Part shown: piece by piece, positions 1 through 12,871 of the stretch | Layout of the letters: each line of letters begins with the position of its first letter | How positions within the stretch are numbered: position 1 is the stretch's first letter | Assembly: GCA_964016885.1 (NCBI GenBank) | Contig: OZ024741.1 | Span: 262,570,001 to 262,634,000, forward strand | Reading direction: 5' to 3' | Length of the DNA: 64,000 nt | Origin: Eledone cirrhosa | Taxonomy: Eukaryota | Translations under genes and position numbers: made by a program | The notes under the pieces: generated by a model | What the model was told of the DNA's origin: nothing | Seen by the model: the letters and a program-made list of their open reading frames with translations, nothing else | Database searches by the model: none

Positions 1-3000
1 GTGTTTTGACATACGAGTGTTTCGATACGAGTGTTCTGACTTACGAGTGTTCTGACTTACGAGTGTTCTGACTTACGAGTGTTCTGACTTACGGGTGTTC
101 TGACTTACGAGTGTTCCGACTTACGAGTGTTTCGGCTTATGAGTGTTTCGGCTTACGTGCGTTTCGACTACGAGTGTTTCGACTTACGAATGTTTTTGCT
201 TACGAGTGTTTCGACTTACGAATGTTTTTGCTTACGAGTGTTCTGACTTACGAGTGTTTTGACTTACGAGTGTTCCGACTTACGAGTGTTTTGGTTTACG
301 TGTGTTTCGACTTACGAATGTTTCGGCTTACGAGTGTTTCGACTTACGAGTGTTCCGACCTACGAGTGTTTCGGCTACGGATGTTCCGACTTACGAGTAT
401 TTTCGGCTTACGAGTGTTTTGACTTACGATTGTTTTGACTTACGATTGTTTCGGCTTACGAGTGTTTCGACTTACGTGTGTTTCGATTTACGAGTGTTTT
501 GACTTAAGAATATTTTGACTTACGGGTGTTTCGGCTTACGAGTGTTTCGACTTACGAGTGTTTCGGCTTACGAGTGTTACGGCTTATGAGTGTTTTGACT
601 TAAGGGTGTTTCGACGAGTGTTTCGATACGAGTGTTTCGACTTACGGGTGTTCTGACTTACGAGTGTTCTGATTTACGGATGTTTCGAATTATGAGTGTT
701 TCGATACGAGTGTTTCGACTTACGAGTGTTTCGACTACGAGTGTTTTGACTTACGAGTGTTCTGACTTACGAGTGTTCTGACTTACGGGTGTTCTGACTT
801 ACGAGTGTTCCGACTTACGCGTGTTTCGGCTTATGAGTGTTTCGGCTTACGAGCGTTTCGACTAGGAGTGTTTCGACTTACGAATGTTTTTGCTAACGAG
901 TGTTTCGACTTACGAGTGTTTCGACTTACAAGTGTTTCGACTTACGAGTGTTTTGACTTACGGTGTTTCGGCTAACGAGTGTTTCAACATACGAGTGTTT
1001 TGACTTACCGGTGTTACGACTTACGGGTGTTTCGACTTACGAGAGTTTCAACTTACGAGTGTTCTGACTTACGAGTGTTCTGACTTACGAGTGTTCCGAC
1101 TTGCGAGTGTTTCGGCCTACGAGTGTTTCGGCATGCGAGTTTTTTGACTTACGGATGTTTCGACTTACGGGTGTTTCGACTCACGAGTGTTTCTACTTAC
1201 GAGTGTTTCGACTTACGAGTGTTCCGACTTACGAGTGTTTTGACTTACGAGTGTTCCGACTTACGAGTGTTTCGGCTTACGAGTGTTTCGGCTCACGAGT
1301 GTTCCGACTTACGAGTGTTCCGACTTACGAGTGTTTCGGCTACGGATGTTCCGACTTACGAGTATTTTCGGCTTACGAGTGTTTTGACTTACGATTGTTT
1401 TGACTTACGGGTATTTCGGCTTACGAGTGTTTCGACTTACGAGTGTTTCGACTTACGAATGTTTCGGCTTACGAGTGTTTCGACTTACGAGTGTTTTGAC
1501 TTACGGGTGTTTCGACTTACGAGTGTTTTGGTTTACGTGTGTTTCGACTTACGAATGTTTCGGCTTACGAGTGTTTCGACTTACGAGTGTTTAAACTTAC
1601 GAGTGTTTTGACTTACGGGTGTTTCGACTTACGAGTGTTTTGGTTTACGTGTGTTTCGACTTACGAATGTTTCGACTTACGAGTGTTTTGACTTACGATT
1701 GTTTCGGCTTACGAGTGTTTCGACTTACGAGTGTTTCGGCTTACGAGTGTTTCGGCTTACGAGTGTTTTGACTTAAGGGTGTTTCGACGAGTGTTTCGAT
1801 ACGAGTGTTTCGACTTACGGGTGTTCTGACTTACGAGTGTTCTGATTTACGGATGTTTCGACTTATGAGTGTTTCGACTACGAGTGTTTCGACTACGAGT
1901 GTTTCGACTTACGAGTGTTCTGACTTACGAGTGTTCTGACTTGCGGGTGTTCTGACTTACGAGTGTTCCGACTTACGAGTGTTTCGGCTTATGAGTGTTT
2001 CGGCTTACGAGCGTTTCGACTACGAGTGTTTCGACTTACGAATGTTTTTGCTTACGAGTGTTTCGACTTACGAATGTTTTTGCTTACGAGTGTTTCGGCT
2101 TACGAGTGTTTCGACTTACAAGTGTTTCGACTTACGAGTGTTTTGTCTTACGGTATTTCGGCTTACGAGTGTTTCGACATACCAGTGTTTTGACTTACCG
2201 GTGTTTCGACTTACGGATGTTTCGACTTACGGGTGTTTCGACTCACGAGTGTTTCTACTTACGAGTGTTTCGACTTACGAGTGTTCCGACTTACGAGTGT
2301 TTTGACTTACGAGTGTTCCGACTTACGAGTGTTTCGGCTTACGAGTGTTTCGGCTCACGAGTGTTTCGACTTACGAGTGTTTTGAATTACGAATGTTTTG
2401 CCTTACGGGTGTTTCGGTTTACGGGTGTTTTGACTTACGAGTGTTCTGACTTACGAGTGTTCCGGCTTACGAGTGTTTCGGCTTACGAGTGTTTTGGTTT
2501 ACGTGTGTTTCGACTTACGAATGTTTCGGCTTACGAGTGTTTCGACTTACGAGTGTTCAGACCTACGAGTGTTTCGGCTACGGATGTTCCAACTTACGGG
2601 TGTTTCGGCTTATGAGTGTTTCGAATTACGAGTGTTTTGACTTACGGGTGTTTCGACTTACGAGTGTTTTGGTTTACGTGTGTTTCGACTTACGAATGTT
2701 TCGGCTTACGAGTGTTTCGACTTACGAGTGTTTAAACTTACGAGTGTTTTGACTTACGGGTGTTTCGACTTACGAGTGTTTCGGCTTACGAGTGTTTCGG
2801 CTTACGAGTGTTTTGACTTAAGGGTGTTTCGACGAGTGTTTCGATACGAGTGTTTTGACTTACGATTGTTTCGGCTTACGAGTGTTTCGACTTACGAGTG
2901 TTTTGACTTACGATTGTTTCGACTTACGAGTGTTTTGACTTACGAGTGTTTCGGCTTATGAGTGTTTCGACTTACGAGTGTTTTGACTTACGGGTGTTTC

Positions 3001-3294
3001 GACTACGAGTGTTTCGACTTACGAGTGTTCTGACTTACGAGTGTTCTGACTTACGAGTGTTCCGACTTACGAGTGTTTCGGCTTACGAGTGTTTCGGCTT
3101 ACGTGTGTTTCTTCTTACGAGTGTTTCGACTTACGAGTGTTCCGACTTACGAGTGTTTCGACCTACGAGTGTTCTGACTTATGAGTGTTCTGACTTACGA
3201 GTGTTCTGACTTACGAGTGTTCTGACTTACGAGTGTTCCGACTTACGAGTGTTTCGGCTCACGAGTGTTTCGGCTTACGAGTGTTTCGACTACG

Positions 3295-3364
3295 AAAATA
3301 ACAAATAGACGCGGTTTCAAATCTCTATGCTTTTCAAGTTCATTACATTAATCTTTATTTATAC
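3295..3364 (+). repeat. 70-bp AT-rich element, copy 1 (type E, CAAGTTC allele)
   Basis: AAAATAACAAATAGACGCGGTTTCAAATCTCTATGCTTTTCAAGTTCATTACATTAATCTTTATTTATAC. Confidence 0.95.
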
Positions 3365-6300
3365 GTTTCGCTTTACGAATGTTTCGACTTACGAGTGTTT
3401 CGACTTACGAGTGTTTCGGCTTACGAGTGTTTTGACTTACGAGATTTTTTACTTACGGGTGTTTCGACGAGTGTTTCGATACGAGTGTTTTGACTTACGA
3501 TTGTTTCGGCTTACGAGTGTTTCGACTTACGAGTGTTTTGACTTACGATTGTTTCGGCTTACGTGTGTTTCTTCTTACGAGTGTTTCGACTTACGAGTGT
3601 TCCGACTTACGAGTGTTTCGACCTACGAGTGTTCTGACTTATGAGTGTTCTGACTTACGAGTGTTCTGACTTACGAGTGTTCTGACTTACGAGTGTTCCG
3701 ACTTACGAGTGTTTCGGCTTACGAGTGTTTCGGCTTACGTGTGTTTCTTCTTACGAGTGTTTCGACTTACGAGTGTTCCGACTTACGAGTGTTTCGACCT
3801 ACGAGTGTTCTGACTTACGAGTGTTCCGACTTACGAGTGTTTCGACTTACGAGTGTTTCGGCTTACGAGTGTTTCGGCTCACGAGTGTTTCGACTTAAGA
3901 GTGTTTCGACTAAACGAGTGTTTCGACTTACGAGTGTTTTTGCCATACGGGTGTTTCGGTTTACGAGTGTTTCGACTTACGAGTGTTCTGACTTACGAGT
4001 GTTCCGACTTACGAGTGTTTCGACTTACGAGTGTTTCGACTTACGAGTGTTCCGACCTACGAGTGTTTCGGCTTACGGGTGTTCCGACCTACGAGTGTTT
4101 CGACTGACGAGTGTTTTGACTTACGACTGTTTCGGCTTACGAGTGTTTCGACTTACGAGTGTTTCGACTTACGAGTGTTCTGACTTACGAGTGTTCTGAC
4201 TTACGAGTGTTCCGACTTACGAGTGTTTCGGCTTACGAGTGTTTCGACATGCGAGTGTTTTGACTTACGGATGTATCGACTTACGGGTGTTTCGACTCAC
4301 GAGTGTTTCTACTTACGCGTGTTTCGACTTACGAGTGTTTCGACTTACGAGTGTTTTGACTTACGAGTGTTCCGACTTACGAGTGTTTCGGCTTACGAGT
4401 GTTTCGGCTCACGAGTTTTTCGACTTACGAGTGTTTTGAATTACGAATGTTTTGCCTTACGGGTGTTTCGGTTTACGAGTGTTTTGACTTACGAGTATTC
4501 TGACTTACGAGTGTTCCGACTTACGGGTGTTTCGACTTACGAGTGTTTCGACTTACGAGTGTTCCGACCTACGAGGGTTTCGGCTTACGGGTGTTCCGAC
4601 TTACGAGTATTTTCGGCTTACGAGTGTTTCGACTTACGAGTGTTTTGTCTTACGATTGTTTCGGCTTACGAGTGTTTCGACTTACGAGTGTTTTGACTTA
4701 CGGGTGTTTTGACATACGAGTGTTTCGATACGAGTGTTCTGACTTACGAGTGTTCTGACTTACGAGTGTTCTGACTTACGGGTGTTCTGACTTACGAGTG
4801 TTCCGACTTACGAGTGTTTCGGCTTATGAGTGTTTCGACTTACGAGCGTTTCGACTACGAGTGTTTCGACTTACGAATGTTTTTGCTTACGAGTGTTTCG
4901 ACTTACGAATGTTTTTGCTTACGAATGTTTTTGCTTACGAGTGTTCTGACTTACGAGTGTTTTGACTTACGAGTGTTCCGACTTACGACTGTTTTGGTTT
5001 ACGTGTGTTTCGACTTACGAATGTTTCGGCTTACGAGTGTTTCGACTTACGAGTGTTCCGACCTACGAGTGTTTCGGCTACGGATGTTCCGACTTACGAG
5101 TATTTTCGGCTTACGAGTGTTTTGACTTACGATTGTTTTGACTTACGACGTTTCGGCTTACGAGTGTTTCGACATACGAGTGTTTCGATTTACGAGTGTT
5201 TTGACTTAAGAATATTTTGACTTACGGGTGTTTCGGCTTACGAGTGTTTCGACTTACGAGTGTTTTGACTTACGGGTGTTTCGACTTACGAGTGTTTTGG
5301 TTTACGTGTGTCTCGACTTACGAATGTTTCGGCTTACGAGTGTTTCGACTTACTAGTGTTTCGACTTACGGTTGTTCTGACTTACTGGTATTCCGACTTA
5401 CGAGTGATTTGGCATACGAGTGTTTCGACTTACGAGTGTTTTCTGCTTACGAGTGTTTCGACTTACGAGTGTTTTGACTTACGATTGTTTCGGCTTACGA
5501 GTGTTTCGACTTACGAGTGTTTCGGCTTACGAGTGTTTCGGCTTATGAGTGTTTTGACTTAAAGGTGTTTCGACGAGTGTTTCGATACGAGTGTTTCGAC
5601 TTACGGGTGTTCTGACTTACGAGTGTTCTGATTTACGGATGTTTCGAATTATGAGTGTTTCGACTACGAGTGTTTCGACTTACGAGTGTTTCGACTACGA
5701 GTGTTTTGACTTACGAGTGTTCTGACTTACGAGTGTTCTGACTTACGGGTGTTCTGACTTACGAGTGTTCCGACTTACGAGTGTTTCGGCTTATGAGTGT
5801 TTCGGCTTACGAGCGTTTCGACTAGGAGTGTTTCGACTTACGAATGTTTTTGCTAACGAGTGTTTCGACTTACAAGTGTTTCGACTTACGAGCGTTTTGA
5901 CTTACGGTGTTTCGGCTTACGAGTGTTTCGACATACGAGTGTTTTGACTTACCGGTGTTTCGACTTACGGGTGTTTCGACTTACGAGAGTTTCGACTTAC
6001 GAGTGCTCTGACTTACGAGTGTTCTGACTTACGAGTGTTCCGACTTGCGGGTGTTCTGACTTACGAGTGTTCCGACTTACGAGTGTTTCGACTTATGAGT
6101 GTTTCGGCTTACGAGCGTTTCGACTACGAGTGTTTCGACTTACGAATGTTTTTGCTTACGAGTGTTTCGACTTACGAATGTTTTTGCTTACGAATGTTTT
6201 TGCTTACGAGTGTTCTGACTTACGAGTGTTTTGACTTACGAGTGTTCCGACTTACGAGTGTTTTGGTTTACGTGTGTTTCGACTTACGAATGTTTCGGCT

Positions 6301-7048
6301 TACGAGTGTTTCGACTTACGAGTGTTCCGACCTACGAGTGTTTCGGCTACGGATGTTCCGACTTACGAGTATTTTCGGCTTACGAGTGTTTCGACTTACG
6401 AGTGTTTTGACTTACGGGTGTTTCGACTTACGAGTGTTTTGGTTTACGTGTGTTTCGACTTACGAATGTTTCGGCTTACGAGTGTTTCGACTTACGAGTG
6501 TTTCGACTTACGGTTGTTCTGACTTACGGGTATTCCGACTTACGAGTGATTTGGCATACGAGTGTTTCGACTTACGAGTGTTTTCGGCTAACGAGTGTTT
6601 CGACTTACGAGTGTTTTGACTTACGATTGTTTCGGCTTACGAGTGTTTCGACTTACGAGTGTTTCGGCTTACGAGTGTTTCGTCTTATGAGTGTTTTGAC
6701 TTAAGGGTGTTTCGACGAGTGTTTCGATACGAGTGTTTCGACTTACGGGTGTTCTGACTTACGAGTGTTCTGATTTACGGATGTTTCGAATTATGAGTGT
6801 TTCGACTACGAGTGTTTCGACTTACGAGTGTTTCGACTACGAGTGTTTCGACTTACGAGTGTTCTGACTTACGAGTGTTCTGACTTACGGGTGTTCTGAC
6901 TTACGAGTGTTCCGACTTACGAGTGTTTCGGCTTACGAGCGTTTCGACTACGAGTGTTTCGACTTACGAATGTTTTTGCTTACGAGTGTTTCGGCTTACG
7001 AGTGTTTTTGCTTACGAGTGTTTCGGCTTACGAGTGTTTCGACTTACG

Positions 7049-7118
7049 AAAATAACAAATAGACGCGGTTTCAAATCTCTATGCTTTTCAAATTCATTAC
7101 ATTAATCTTTATTTATAC
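7049..7118 (+). repeat. 70-bp element, copy 2 (type A flank)
   Basis: Consensus AAAATAACAAATAGACGCGGTTTCAAATCTCTATGCTTTTCAAATTCATTACATTAATCTTTATTTATAC. Confidence 0.95.
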
Positions 7119-8500
7119 GTTTCGCTTTACGAGTGTTTCGACTTACGAGTGTTTCGACATACGAGTGTTTCGACTTACGAATGTTTTTGCTTACGGGTGT
7201 TTCGACTTACGAATGTTTTTGCTTACGAGTGTTTCGGTTTACGAGTGTTCCGACTTACGAGTGTTCCGACTTACGAGTGTTTCGGCTTACGAGTGTTTCC
7301 GGCTTACGAGTGTTTCGACTTACTAATGTTTTTACTTACGAGTGTTTCGGCGTATGAGTGTTTTGACTTACGAGTGTTTCGACTTACGAGTGTTTTGACT
7401 TACGAATGTTTTGACTTACGGGTGTTTCGGCTTACGAGTGTTTCGACTTACGAGTGTTTCGGCTTGCGAGTGTTTCGACTTACTAATGTTTTTACTTACG
7501 AGTGTTTCGGCGTACGAGTGTTTCGACTTACGAGTGTTTCGACTTAAGGGTGTTTCGACTTACGAGTGTTTCGACTTACGAGTGTTTCGACGTACGAGTG
7601 TTTCGGATTACGAATGTTTTGACTTGAGGGTTTTCGTCTTACGAGTGTTTCGATACGAGTGTTTCGACTTACGAGTGTTTTGACTTACGATTGTTTTGAC
7701 TTACGGGTATTTCGGCTTACGAGTGTTTCGACTTACGAGTGTTTCGACGTACGAGTGTTTTGACTTGCGGGTGTTTCGACTTACGAGTGTTTTGGTTTAC
7801 GTGTGTTTCGACTTACGAATGTTTCGGCTTACGAGTGTTTCGACTTACGAGTGTTTTGACTTACGGGTGTTTCGACTTACGAGTGTTTTGGTTTACGGGT
7901 GTTTTGACTTACGGGTGTTTCGGCTTACGAGTGTTTCGACTTACGAGTGTTTTGACTTAAGGGTGTTTCGACTTACGAGTGTTTCGACTTACGAGTGTTT
8001 CGACTTACGAGTGTTTCGGATTACGAGTGTTTTGACTTGAGGGTTTTCGACTTACGAGTGTTTCGATACGAGTGTTTCGACTTACGAGTGTTCTGACTTA
8101 CGAGTGTTCTGACTTACGAGTGTTCTGACTTACAAGTGTTCTTACTTACGAGTGTTCCGACTTACGAGTGTTCCGACTTACGAGTGTTTCGGCTTACGAG
8201 TGTTTCGGCTTACGAGTGTTTCGACTTACGAGTGTTTCGACTTACGAGTGTTCCGACTTACGGGTGTTTCGACTTACGAGTGTTTTGGTTTACGGTGTTT
8301 CGGCTTACGAGTGTTTCGAGTTACGAGTGTTTTGACTTACGCGTGTTTTGACATACGAGTGTTTCGATACGAGTGTTCTGACTTACGAGTGTTCTGACTT
8401 ACGAGTGTTCTGACTTACGAGTGTTCTGACTTACGAGTGTTCCGACTTTACGAGTGTTTCGGCTCACGAGTGTTTCGGCTTACGAGTGTTTCGACTTACG

Positions 8501-8570
8501 AAAATAACAAATAGACGCGGTTTCAAATCTCTATGCTTTTCAAATTCATTACATTAATCTTTATTTATAC
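8501..8570 (+). repeat. 70-bp element, copy 3 (type B flank)
   Basis: Consensus; followed by the GTGTTAAGGTTT marker. Confidence 0.95.
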
Positions 8571-9651
8571 GTTTCGCTTTACGAGTGTTTCGACTTACGA
8601 GTGTTTCGACATACGAGTGTTAAGGTTTACGAGTGTTTTGATTTACGAGTGTTTTGACTTACGAGTGCTTCGACTTACGCGTGTTTCGACTTACGAGTGT
8701 TTCGACTTACGAGTGTTTCGACTTACGAGTGTTTCGGCTTACGAGTGTTTTGACTTACGAGTGTTTCGGCTGGCGAGTGTTTCGACTTACGAGTGTTTTG
8801 ACTTAAGGGTGTTTCTACTTACGAGTGTTTCGACTTACGAGTGTTTCGACTTACGAGTGTTCTGACTTACGAGTGTTCCGACTTACGAGTGTCTCGGCTT
8901 ACGAGTGTTTCGATACGAGTGTTTCGACTTACGAGTGTTTCGGCTTACGAGTGTTTCGACTTACGAGTGTTTCGACTTACGAGTGTTCTGATTTACGGAT
9001 GTTTCGACATACGAGTGTTTCGACTTACGAGTGTTTCGACATACGAGTGTTCCGACTTACGGGTGTTTCGACTTACGAGTGTTCTGATTTACGGATGTTT
9101 CGATGTACGAGTGTTTCGACTTACGAGTGTTTCGACTTACGAGTGTTTCGGCTTACGACTGTTTCGACTTACGTGTGTTTCGACTTACGAGTGTTCTGAT
9201 TTACGGATGTTTCGACATACGAGTGTTTCGACTTACGAGTGTTTCGACTTACGAGTGTTTTGACTTACGTGTGTTTTGACATACGAGTGTTTCGATACGA
9301 GTGTTTCGAATTACGAGTGTTCTGACTTACGATTGTTCTGACTTACGAGCGTTCTGACTTACGAGTGTTTCGGCTTACGAGTGTTTCGACTTACGAGTGT
9401 TTCGACTTACGAGTGTTCCGACTTACGGGTGTTTCGACTTACGAGTGTTTTGGCTTACGGTGTTTCGACTTACGAGTGTTTCGAGTTAAGAGTGTTTTGA
9501 CTTACGCGTGTTTTGACATACGAGTGTTCTGACTTACGAGTGTTCTGACTTACGAGTGTTCTGACTTACGAGTGTTTTGACTTACGAGTGTTCCGACTTT
9601 ACGAGTGTTTCGGCTCACGAATGTTTCGGCTTACGAGTGTTTCGACTTACG

Positions 9652-9721
9652 AAAATAACAATTAGACGCGGTTTCAAATCTCTATGCTTTTCAAATTCAT
9701 TACATTAATCTTTATTTATAC
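9652..9721 (+). repeat. 70-bp element, copy 4 (type C)
   Basis: AACAATTAG allele. Confidence 0.95.
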
Positions 9722-10660
9722 GTTTCGCTTTACGAGTGTTTCGACTTACGAGTGTTTCGACATACGAGTGTTTCGGCTTACGAGTGTTTTGATTTACGAG
9801 TGTTTTGACTTACGGGTGCTTCGACTTACGCGTGTTTCGACTCACGAGTGTTTCGACTTACGAGTGTTTCGACTTACGAGTGTTTCGGCTGGCGAGTGTT
9901 TCGACTTACGAGTGTTTTGACTTAAGGGTGTTTCGACTTACGAGTGTTTCGACTTACGAGTGTTTCGACTTACGAGTGTTTCGGCGTACGAGTGTTTTGA
10001 CTTACGAGTGTTTCGACTTACGAGTGTTTTGACTTACGAATGTTTTGACTTACGGGTGTTTCGGCTTACGAGTGTTTCGACTTACGAGTGTTTCGGCTTG
10101 CGAGTGTTTCGACTTACTAATGTTTTTACTTACGAGTGTTTCGGCGTACGAGTGTTTCGACTTACGAGTGTTTCGACTTACGGGTGTTTTGACTTACGGG
10201 TGTTTTGGCTTACGAGTGTTTCGACTTACGAGTGTTTCGACTTACAGGTGTTTCGATTACGAGTGTTTTGGCTTACGGTGTTTCGACTTACGAGTGTTCT
10301 GATTTACGGATGTTTCGACTTACGAGCGTTCTGACTTACGAGTGTTTCGGCTTACGAGTGATTCGGCTTACGAGTGTTTCGACTTACGAGTGTTTCGACT
10401 TACGAGTGTTCCGACTTACGGGTGTTTCGACTTACGAGTGTTTTGGCTTACGGTGTTTCGACTTACGAGTGTTTCGAGTTAAGAGTGTTTTGACTTACGC
10501 GTGTTTTGACATACGAGTGTTCTGACTTACGAGTGTTCTGACTTACGAGTGTTCTGACTTACGAGTGTTCTGACTTACGAGTGTTCTGACTTACGAGTGT
10601 TCCGACTTTACGAGTGTTTCGGCTCACGAGTGTTTCGGCTTACGAGTGTTTCGACTTACG

Positions 10661-10730
10661 AAAATAACAAATAGACGCGGTTTCAAATCTCTATGCTTTT
10701 CAAATTCATTACAATAATCTTTATTTATAC
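10661..10730 (+). repeat. 70-bp element, copy 5 (type D)
   Basis: ACAATAAT allele; followed by GTGATTAGAC and GTTGTGAATT markers. Confidence 0.95.
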
Positions 10731-11285
10731 GTTTCGCTTTACGAGTGTTTCGACTTACGAGTGTTTCGACATACGAGTGTTTCGACTTACGAATGTTTTT
10801 GCTTACGAGTGTTTCGGTTTACGAGTGTTCCGACTTACGAGTGTTCCGACTTACGAGTGTTTCGGCTTACGAGTGTTTCCGGCTTACGAGTGTTTCGACT
10901 TACGAGTGTTTTGACTTACGGTGTTTCGGCTTACGAGTGATTAGACTTACGAGTGTTTTGACTTACGGGTGTTTTGACTTACGGGTGTTGTGAATTACGA
11001 GTGTTCCGATTTACGAGTGTTTTGACTTACGGTGTTTCGGCTTACAAGTGATTCGACTTACGAATGTTTTGACTTACGGGTGTTTCGGCTTGCGAGTGTT
11101 TCGAGTTACGAGTGTTTTGACTTACGCGTGTTTTGACATACGAGTGTTTCGATACGAGTGTTCTGACTTACGAGTGTTCTGACTTACGAGTGTTCTGACT
11201 TACGAGTGTTCTGACTTACGAGTGTTCCGACTTTACGAGTGTTTCGGCTCACGAGTGTTTCGGCTTACGAGTGTTTCGACTTACG

Positions 11286-11355
11286 AAAATAACAAATAGA
11301 CGCGGTTTCAAATCTCTATGCTTTTCAAATTCATTACATTAATCTTTATTTATAC
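11286..11355 (+). repeat. 70-bp element, copy 6 (type A)
   Basis: Consensus. Confidence 0.95.
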
Positions 11356-12801
11356 GTTTCGCTTTACGAGTGTTTCGACTTACGAGTGTTTCGACATACG
11401 AGTGTTTCGACTTACGAATGTTTTTGCTTACGGGTGTTTCGACTTACGAATGTTTTTGCGTACGAGTGTTTCGGTTTACGAGTGTTCCGACTTACGAGTG
11501 TTCCGACTTACGAGTGTTTCGGCTTACGAGTGTTTCCGGCTTACGAGTGTTTCGACTTACTAATGTTTTTACTTACGAGTGTTTCGGCGTATGAGTGTTT
11601 TGACTTACGAGTGTTTCGACTTACGAGTGTTTTGACTTACGAATGTTTTGACTTACGGGTGTTTCGGCTTACGAGTGTTTCGACTTACGAGTGTTTCGGC
11701 TTGCGAGTGTTTCGACTTACTAATGTTTTTACTTACGAGTGTTTCGGCGTACGAGTGTTTCGACTTACGAGTGTTTCGACTTACGGGTGTTTTGACTTAC
11801 GGGTGTTTCGGCTTACGAGTGTTTCGACTTACGAGTGTTTTGACTTAAGGGTGTTTCGACTTACGAGTGTTTCGACTTACGAGTGTTTCGACGTACGAGT
11901 GTTTCGGATTACGAATGTTTTGACTTGAGGGTTTTCGTCTTACGAGTGTTTCGATACGAGTGTTTCGACTTACGAGTGTTTTGACTTACGATTGTTTTGA
12001 CTTACGGGTATTTCGGCTTACGAGTGTTTCGACTTACGAGTGTTTCGACGTACGAGTGTTTTGACTTGCGGGTGTTTCGACTTACGAGTGTTTTGGTTTA
12101 CGTGTGTTTCGACTTACGAATGTTTCGGCTTACGAGTGTTTCGACTTACGAGTGTTTTGACTTACGGGTGTTTCGACTTACGAGTGTTTTGGTTTACGGG
12201 TGTTTTGACTTACGGGTGTTTCGGCTTACGAGTGTTTCGACTTACGAGTGTTTTGACTTAAGGGTGTTTCGACTTACGAGTGTTTCGACTTACGAGTGTT
12301 TCGACTTACGAGTGTTTCGGATTACGAGTGTTTTGACTTGAGGGTTTTCGACTTACGAGTGTTTCGATACGAGTGTTTCGACTTACGAGTGTTCTGACTT
12401 ACGAGTGTTCTGACTTACGAGTGTTCTGACTTACAAGTGTTCTTACTTACGAGTGTTCCGACTTACGAGTGTTCCGACTTACGAGTGTTTCGGCTTACGA
12501 GTGTTTCGGCTTACGAGTGTTTCGACTTACGAGTGTTTCGACTTACGAGTGTTCCGACTTACGGGTGTTTCGACTTACGAGTGTTTTGGTTTACGGTGTT
12601 TCGGCTTACGAGTGTTTCGAGTTACGAGTGTTTTGACTTACGCGTGTTTTGACATACGAGTGTTTCGATACGAGTGTTCTGACTTACGAGTGTTCTGACT
12701 TACGAGTGTTCTGACTTACGAGTGTTCTGACTTACGAGTGTTCCGACTTTACGAGTGTTTCGGCTCACGAGTGTTTCGGCTTACGAGTGTTTCGACTTAC
12801 G

Positions 12802-12871
12802 AAAATAACAAATAGACGCGGTTTCAAATCTCTATGCTTTTCAAATTCATTACATTAATCTTTATTTATAC
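12802..12871 (+). repeat. 70-bp element, copy 7 (type B)
   Basis: Consensus; GTGTTAAGGTTT downstream. Confidence 0.95.

Noticed and set aside
3327-3644. MLFKFITLIFIYTF... ORFs with a true ATG and a signal-peptide-like hydrophobic start in every element
   Set aside because: Hydrophobicity follows from T-rich DNA. Downstream ORF lengths vary arbitrarily (62-192 aa) and are truncated early in copies 15 and 16. Only ribosome profiling or proteomics evidence would revive this.
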